A DNA stretch of 64,000 bases from Nitrospirota bacterium (GTDB taxonomy: Bacteria; Nitrospirota; UBA9217), in NCBI GenBank assembly GCA_963840455.1, contig CAWIYV010000004.1, positions 32,001 to 96,000 of the forward strand. The letters run 5' to 3'. Below are positions 57,723 through 64,000 of the stretch, one piece after another. The position numbers and the translations under genes are program-made. Numbering within the stretch: the stretch's first letter is position 1; the number at the start of each line of letters is the position of its first letter. The notes under the pieces are model-generated. The model was not told where the DNA came from. It was given only the letters and a program-made list of their open reading frames with translations, and did no database searches.

Positions 57723-58675
57723 CCGGCTCCGCGCTCGCCTTGTCCAGGAGTTCCCTGGCCTGTTGGTCCAGTTTCAGGTTCGCTGCTTCGACAAGCGCCT
57801 TCAGTTGCTCCACGCTCGTTGCGCTCGCGATCGGCGCCGTGATCCCGGGCTGCGCCATGACCCATGCCAGCGCTATGCTCGCAGGCGCGACCTCGTATCG
57901 CATAGCCACCCGGTCCAGCGCCGCCAGGATGCTGAAACCCCGCTCGGTCATGTACGTCTTGACCCGCTGGCCCCGGACGCTCTTGGACAGGTCCTTGATT
58001 GACCGGTACTTGCCCGTGAGAAAGCCGCTGGCCAGACCGTAGTAGCTGATCACGCCGATGTGCTGCTCCCGGCAGAGAGGGGCCAGCGTCCGCTCGAACT
58101 CGGCCCGGTCATAGAGGTTGTACAAGGGCTGCAGGCTTTCGTACCGCGGCAACCCCTTCTCTTCGCTGATGGCAAGGGATTGCGCCAGCCGCTTCGCCGT
58201 GAAATTCGAGGCGCCGATAGCGCGCACTTTCCCCTCCTTGATCAGCTGCTCGTAGGCTGAGAGCGTTTCTTCCATGGAAGCAGCCGGGTCGTCCCGGTGC
58301 GACTGGTAGAGATCAATATGGTCCGTCTGCAGCCTGCGGAGCGAGGCTTCCACGGCGCGGAGGATGTAGTCCCGGGAGAGCCCCTGCAGCCCCGGTCCCA
58401 TCTCGCTGCCGACTCTTGGTGGCGATGACGACCTTCTGCCGGTTCCCCCGCTCTTTGATCCAGTTGCCGATGATGGTCTCCGATTCCCCGCCTTGGTTGC
58501 CCGGGACCCACCGCGAATAGACATCGGCGGTATCGATGAGATCGAAGCCTGCCGCAACAAAGGCATCGAGGATCAAGAAGGCAGTCGGTTCATCGACGGT
58601 CCAGCCGAAGACATTGCCGCCCAGCGCCAGCGGCGCGACAATGATGTCCGACCTTCCCAGTTTGCGCTTTTTCAT
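57691..58675 (-). pseudogene. Aldo/keto reductase with a +1 frameshift
   Basis: LGGNVFGW, DTADVYS, VIATK / one extra base at about 58414 / VGSEMG..GLSR, IDLYQSH, IGASN. Confidence 0.85.
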
Positions 58676-58717
58676 GATGTACCTCCCGAACGACAAGTGC
58701 GTAGCGTCAAAGCTTTC

Positions 58718-58818
58718 ACCGCAGAGAACGCGGAGGACACAGAGAACTTCTTGAATTACAACACATTAAACTCTTTCTCAGCTCCTTTCCCCTCTGCGAC
58801 CTCTGCGATCTCTGCGGT
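58718..58818. repeat. 9-mer long inverted-repeat element
   Basis: ACCGCAGAG AACGCGGAG GACACAGAG ... CTCTGCGAC CTCTGCGAT CTCTGCGGT. Confidence 0.8.
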
Positions 58819-58866
58819 AAAATATTTTTCGTTTTTTTCATAGAACTTTTGATAGTACCTCTCACA

Positions 58867-61800
58867 TTACCGCACGCAGGTCTCCATGTTGCTCGGGCAG
58901 ACCTCGCCCAGCACCGGTTCCTGCCTGCTCTCCGTCGCCTTTTCCTTCCCATGCTCTGCCGCGAACAGCAGGTACATCGCCGGGACAACATAGAGCGTAA
59001 AGAGCGTGCCGATGGCGATCCCGGCCATGATCACGAGGCCCATGTTGAAGCGCCCCGCTGCTCCTGCGCCGGACGCGGTCACAAGCGGCAGGACGCCCAG
59101 GACCATGGCCGCCGTGGTCATGAGGATCGGCCGCAGCCTGATGGCTGCCGCCGTCCCGATCGCATCTGCCTTGCTCTTCCCTTCGCGCTGCAGGTCATTG
59201 GCGAACTGTACGATGAGGATCCCGTGCTTGCTGATCAGCCCGATCAGCGTGACCAGCCCCACTTCCGTATAGATGTTCAGGCTCGCGCCGCCCACGCCGA
59301 GGCTGATGAAGATCATGGCTCCGAAGATCGACATGGGCACACTGATCAGAACGATGAAGGGGTCGCGGAAGCTCTCGAACAGCGCCGCAAGCGACAGAAA
59401 GATGATAATGAGCGAGAAAAAGAACGTGGCCACCAGCGCGCTCGATTCCTGGACATACTGCCGCGACTGGCCGGCATAGTCGACGCTGTAGCCCTGGGGC
59501 AGGACCGAACGGGCGGCGCCGGTCAGCGCCTCCAGGCCCTGTCCGAGCGTCACGCCCGGGGCCAGCACCGCCGAGAGCGTCGCCGCGTTCAGCTGCTGGA
59601 AGTGATTGAGCGACTCCGGCACGACCGTGGTTTTGAGCTTCGTGATCGTCGAGAGCGGTATCACGCCGCCGCTTGCCGTGGTGATGTAATAGTCCTGCAG
59701 CTGGCCGGCATTCAGCCGGTCCGTTCGCTGCACCTGGGCGATGACCTTGTACGAACGGCCTCCGAAGCTGAAATAGTTGACATAGCCCCCGCCCAGCGCA
59801 GACCCGAGGGTGCTGCCCACATCCCGCATGGTCAGGCCCAGCTGGGACGCCTTGTCGCGGTCGATCTCCACGGTGACCTGCGGCTTGTCGATCTTGAGAT
59901 CGCTGTCCAGATAGGCGAACATCCCGCTCCCATAGGCCTTGCCGACCACGGCCTGCGATACGTCGTTCAGCCGCTCGTAGGATTCAGTGGTCCCGATCAC
60001 GAACTGGACCGGCAGCCCGCTGCTTCCCGGAAGCGGAGGACGCAGGAAGGCCGCTGTCCGCGATGCAGCGATCGAGTTCATGCGCTGCTGGACCAGCGGC
60101 AGCAGCTCCATGGAGGTCCGCGTCCGTTCGTCCCAGGGCTTGAAGACCATGCCGCCGAAGGCGATGTTCAGGGCGCCCGCCCCGGCGAACTGGAACACGT
60201 GATCGGTCTCCGGATAGGAAGCGTAGATATCATAGACCTGCCGCGTCGACAGCTGCGTCTGCGCCAGCGTGGCGTTGGGCGCCGCGGTCGTGAGCGCAAT
60301 GACGATCCCCTGGTCCTCGTCGGGAGCAAGTTCGCTCTTCGACGAGGCGTACAGGAAGTAGATGCTCACCAGAACGATGCCGGCGAACACGCCGACGACG
60401 GGCAGGCTCTTGAGCGCCGTCTGCAGCGTCCGTTCATAGCCCCGGCGCAGCCTTCCGAACTGAAGATCGATCCATCGGGCAAACCGGTTCCCGTTGTTGT
60501 GGTTCGCGGGCCGGAGGAACCGGGAGCTCATCATCGGGGAAAGCGTCAGCGCGACGACGGCCGACACGGCCACCGCTCCCGCCAGCGTGTAGGCGAATTC
60601 GGTGAACAGCGCCCCGGTCAGGCCGCCCATGAAGCCGATCGGCACATAGACGGCGATCAGCACGATTGAGATCGCGATGATCGGACCGGCGAGCTCGCGG
60701 GCGCCCTGGAGCGCGGCATCCAGCGGCCGCATCCCTCCCTCGATGTGCCGGTGTACGTTCTCGACCACGATGATGGCGTCATCCACGACCAGCCCGATGG
60801 CGAGGACCAGCGCGAGCAGGGTCAGGAGGTTGATCGTGTAGCCCAGGACCAGCATGATGAAGAACGCGCCGATCAGGGACAGCGGCATGGCAATGGTGGG
60901 GATGATGACGGACCGGAAGGTGCCGAGGAAGAGGAAAATCACGGCGGTCACGATGAGGAGCGCCTCGATGAGCGTGATGACCACTTCCCGGATCGAGCTG
61001 TTCACATAACGGCTCGCGTCATAGACGATGCGGCCGTCCAGGCCCGCGGGCAGCTGCTCCGCGATCGGCGGGAAGGCCTTGCGCACGCCGTTGATCACCG
61101 TCAGGAGATTTGCGGACGGCGCGACCTTGATCCCGATGTACACGGCGGCCTTGCCGTCGAAGGTCACCGCCGTATCATAGTCCTCGGCGCCGAGCACGAC
61201 GCGGGCCACATCGCCCAGCCGCACCAGCGCCCCGTTCTGCTGCCGGACCACGAGATTGCGGAACTCATCCTCCGTGTGCAGGCTCGTATCCGCCGTGAGG
61301 TCCACGCTCACCATCTGGCCCTTGGTGCGGCCCAGCGCGGAAATGAAATCGTTGGCAGCCAGGGCGTTGCTCACATCGGCCGCAGTGACGCCGTGTGCCG
61401 CCATCTTCTGCGGATCGAGCCAGGCCCGGAGCGCGAACTGGCGCTGCCCGAGGATCTCCGCCTGCTGCACGCCTTCCACGGCCTGGAGCTTCGGCTGCAC
61501 CACGCGGATGAGGTAGTCGGTGATCTTGTTCGGCGGGAGCACCTTGCTGGAGAACCCGATGTACATCGAATCGATCGTCTCGCCGACGGCCATCGTGATG
61601 ACCGGCTGCTGGGTCTCGCGCGGCAGCTGGTTCAGGACCGCGTTGACGCGCGTGTTGATCTCCGTCAATGCCTTGTTGGGATCATAATTAAGCCGCAGGT
61701 AGGCCTGGATCGTGCTCGTGCTCTGCTTGCTGGATGACGTCAGGTAGTCGATGCCGTTGGCCTGGGCGATGGAGCTCTCCAGCGGCGTGGTGATGAATCC

Positions 61801-61980
61801 GGCGACGAGCGCAGGGTCCGCGCCGTAATAGACCGTGGTTACCGTAACAACGGCGTTCTGGATGAAGGGATACTGCCGGACGGGCAGGAGCCCGGCTGAC
61901 CGGAGGCCCAGCACCAGGATGAGCAGGCTGATCACGGTCGCCAGGACCGGACGTTTGATGAAAAGGTCGGTAAATCGCAT
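58867..61980 (-). CDS. RND efflux permease (MexI/MexW-like)
   Basis: FIKRPVLA, VLAIGLVVDDAIIVVEN, RLRPILMT. Confidence 0.95.
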   Translation of the reverse strand: MRFTDLFIKRPVLATVISLLILVLGLRSAGLLPVRQYPFIQNAVVTVTTVYYGADPALVAGFITTPLESSIAQANGIDYLTSSSKQSTSTIQAYLRLNYDPNKALTEINTRVNAVLNQLPRETQQPVITMAVGETIDSMYIGFSSKVLPPNKITDYLIRVVQPKLQAVEGVQQAEILGQRQFALRAWLDPQKMAAHGVTAADVSNALAANDFISALGRTKGQMVSVDLTADTSLHTEDEFRNLVVRQQNGALVRLGDVARVVLGAEDYDTAVTFDGKAAVYIGIKVAPSANLLTVINGVRKAFPPIAEQLPAGLDGRIVYDASRYVNSSIREVVITLIEALLIVTAVIFLFLGTFRSVIIPTIAMPLSLIGAFFIMLVLGYTINLLTLLALVLAIGLVVDDAIIVVENVHRHIEGGMRPLDAALQGARELAGPIIAISIVLIAVYVPIGFMGGLTGALFTEFAYTLAGAVAVSAVVALTLSPMMSSRFLRPANHNNGNRFARWIDLQFGRLRRGYERTLQTALKSLPVVGVFAGIVLVSIYFLYASSKSELAPDEDQGIVIALTTAAPNATLAQTQLSTRQVYDIYASYPETDHVFQFAGAGALNIAFGGMVFKPWDERTRTSMELLPLVQQRMNSIAASRTAAFLRPPLPGSSGLPVQFVIGTTESYERLNDVSQAVVGKAYGSGMFAYLDSDLKIDKPQVTVEIDRDKASQLGLTMRDVGSTLGSALGGGYVNYFSFGGRSYKVIAQVQRTDRLNAGQLQDYYITTASGGVIPLSTITKLKTTVVPESLNHFQQLNAATLSAVLAPGVTLGQGLEALTGAARSVLPQGYSVDYAGQSRQYVQESSALVATFFFSLIIIFLSLAALFESFRDPFIVLISVPMSIFGAMIFISLGVGGASLNIYTEVGLVTLIGLISKHGILIVQFANDLQREGKSKADAIGTAAAIRLRPILMTTAAMVLGVLPLVTASGAGAAGRFNMGLVIMAGIAIGTLFTLYVVPAMYLLFAAEHGKEKATESRQEPVLGEVCPSNMETCVR

Positions 61981-62009
61981 CTTTCCGCCTCCTTGTGCCT
62001 TCCGGGCCA

Positions 62010-63134
62010 TCACTCATCGGGAGGCTGCGGCGTCGCATCGTTCTGCGGCTGGACCGCGTTGTTGATCGTGACCGGGCTGCCGTTCTTCAGTTTCAGCTGT
62101 CCGGTGGTCGCTACCAGGTCCCCTTCCTTGATGCCGGTGAGGATGGCCACCTGGTCCCCCCGCACCGGACCGACGGTGACGAAGGTCTGCTTCGCTGTAA
62201 GCCGCGGATTGCCGTCCGGTCCCTTGCCGTTCTCCTCGATGACGTAGACCGTATCCCCATAGGGGTTATAAGCCACGGCGGTCTGCGGCAGGGTCAGGTA
62301 GCTCTGCGCCTTTCCGGTCCGGATGGACATCGTGACATACATTCCCGGCACCAGCTCGCGTTTCGGGTTTGCAACGAGCGCCTCGACCTGAACGTTCCTC
62401 GTTGCCGGGTCGACCTTGGGGTCGATCGTGGTTATCCTGCCGGGGAAGGTCCGCCCGGGATAGGTATCGGCCGTGATCGCCACCTCCATGCCCTTCGCGA
62501 CCTGCGCAAGCTCCTGCTGAGGCAGGGAAAAATCGGCAAGGAGGGTCCCCAGCGCCTGGAGCGTCACGATACGATCGCCGGGATTCAGGTACTGGCCCGG
62601 GTTCACCAGACTGATCCCGAGCCTTCCCGCAAAGGGGGCGCGGATGGTCTTCTTGTCCAGGACGGCCTGCTGCTCCGCGACCTGCGCACGTTTGTATTTG
62701 AGGTCGGCTGCCTCGGTGTCGAACTGCGCCTGGCTCAGGGCGTGTGCCTCGAACAGCTTCCGGTCACGGTCGTAGGTCGTCTGGGCCAGTTCCGCCGACA
62801 CTTCAAGCTCATGGAGCCGTGCCGCGTCGGCATCGGCGTTGAGCTCCACCAGCACCTGCCTGGCCTGGACCTCATCGCCCGGCTGGAACCTGATCGCGTG
62901 CACGAGCCCGGCGATCTCGCTCGTCACTTCCACCCCCCGCACCGCGCGCAAGCCCCCGACCGCGGTGATCTGCGGCTGCCAGGGCTGGAGCGCCGCCGTC
63001 ATGGCCGTGACCGAAACAGGCGGCGGCTGAAAGGCCATGGACCGCATGGTCTTCGCCTTGACCAGTTTGTAGCCGAAGATGCCGCCGAAGAGGATCCCGG
63101 CAGCGATCAACATGATCATCATTCGTTTCATCAT
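62010..63134 (-). CDS. RND periplasmic adaptor (MexH/MexV-like)
   Basis: N-terminal TM, IRAPFAGRLG, lipoyl-like halves. Confidence 0.92.
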   Translation of the reverse strand: MMKRMMIMLIAAGILFGGIFGYKLVKAKTMRSMAFQPPPVSVTAMTAALQPWQPQITAVGGLRAVRGVEVTSEIAGLVHAIRFQPGDEVQARQVLVELNADADAARLHELEVSAELAQTTYDRDRKLFEAHALSQAQFDTEAADLKYKRAQVAEQQAVLDKKTIRAPFAGRLGISLVNPGQYLNPGDRIVTLQALGTLLADFSLPQQELAQVAKGMEVAITADTYPGRTFPGRITTIDPKVDPATRNVQVEALVANPKRELVPGMYVTMSIRTGKAQSYLTLPQTAVAYNPYGDTVYVIEENGKGPDGNPRLTAKQTFVTVGPVRGDQVAILTGIKEGDLVATTGQLKLKNGSPVTINNAVQPQNDATPQPPDE

Positions 63135-63382
63135 GCTCCATTCCTCCTTACCCGCCGCTGCGGCAAGCATCCCCCCTTTTTTGCAGGGAAAGCCGCTTTT
63201 CCCGCTCCTCACTGTTCATACAGGACTTTTACTATCCCGTATGTATATTATATCACCGGGGTCAAGGTCCGCACTCCTGTTCGAACGCAGGAGGCCGGGG
63301 AAATGCTGTTTGAGGAGGGGCGGGGCGGAACAAGGGAAGAGACCAGACATTCATGGCACGGTCTCGTTCGCGGTCAGAGCAT

Positions 63383-64000
63383 TCAGGGTTCAGCGCGCCG
63401 CCTGCCGGCTGCAACGGCGACCAGGATGCCTGCCGCGATCGTTGCCGCGCTCAGCAGCTGCCCCATGGTGAAGGGTCCAGCGACGAGGCCGAGCTGGACG
63501 TCTGGCTCCCGGAAAAACTCTACGGCGAACCGGAAGGCCCCATAGCACAGGAGGAACACGGCGGTCAGGAGGCCTTCCCGCTTGACGGCGGGCCTCAACC
63601 GCCACAGGAGCAGGAACAGGACCACGCCTTCGAGCAGAAGCTCATAAAGCTGGGACGGATGACGCGGGAGCGGCCCTCCCGACGGGAACACCATGGCCCA
63701 GGGCACGTCGGTCACCCTGCCATACAGCTCTCCGTTGATGAAATTGCCGAGCCGCCCGAGACCGAGCCCGATGGGCGCCGTGACAACGAGCAGGTCCGCG
63801 ACACGCCAGGGATCGACGCCATTCGAACGGCACCACCACAGGCCGGCAACGATGCAGCCGATCAGTCCTCCATGAAAGGACATGCCGCCGTGCCAGATCG
63901 CCAGGGCCTCGAGCGGTGCGGCAAGATACGTGCGAAGGTCATAGAAGAGCACATAGCCCAGCCGGGCCCCCGCGATGAGCCCAATGATAAGTGCGGTATA
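63383..64000 (-). CDS. lgt: Prolipoprotein diacylglyceryl transferase (5' end outside window)
   Basis: GGMSFHGG, GRLGNFINGELYGR, RHPSQLYE, EFFREPD. Confidence 0.95.
   Translation of the reverse strand, partial: YTALIIGLIAGARLGYVLFYDLRTYLAAPLEALAIWHGGMSFHGGLIGCIVAGLWWCRSNGVDPWRVADLLVVTAPIGLGLGRLGNFINGELYGRVTDVPWAMVFPSGGPLPRHPSQLYELLLEGVVLFLLLWRLRPAVKREGLLTAVFLLCYGAFRFAVEFFREPDVQLGLVAGPFTMGQLLSAATIAAGILVAVAAGRRRAEP

Noticed and set aside
15228-58818. 9-mer repeat clusters as possible CRISPR arrays
   Set aside because: No constant 23-47 bp repeats with unique spacers and no cas genes
58867-63134. RND pump without an adjacent outer-membrane factor
   Set aside because: Common arrangement; a TolC-like partner is usually encoded elsewhere

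Overview
GC-rich (about 60%) bacterial chromosomal window, probably from an anaerobic Nitrospirota or Desulfobacterota-like organism (inferred from gene content and repeat style). Housekeeping genes include greB, lnt, recO, era, nadA, rmuC, kup, a PyrR-attenuated pyrR-pyrB-pyrC-carA-carB-greA-pyrK-pyrD operon, tatA, a divergent pgk, an RND pump and a partial lgt. Signalling genes include an NtrC-type two-component pair, a heme-c sensor kinase, and GGDEF and HD-GYP proteins. A sigma54-driven TauE/TIGR02186/USP/two-component/PEP-synthase-like gene block is also present. The most interesting candidate systems are: (1) two adjacent paralogues that fuse an MshEN/T2SSE_N-like domain to 3 and 2 Arg-heptad DUF202 membrane units, five in total, matching the pentameric DUF202 channel of the eukaryotic VTC polyphosphate complex; (2) an operon encoding three different Hfq/Sm domains in two proteins, possibly a heteromeric Hfq ring; (3) an unannotated bS21 (rpsU)-like reading frame in frame behind the stop codon of an RRM gene whose 5' UTR contains a terminator. 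Several gene-decay scars and three families of dispersed repeats are present. No rRNA, tRNA, CRISPR array or transposase was recognised. All calls are from reading the sequence only; no database searches were run.
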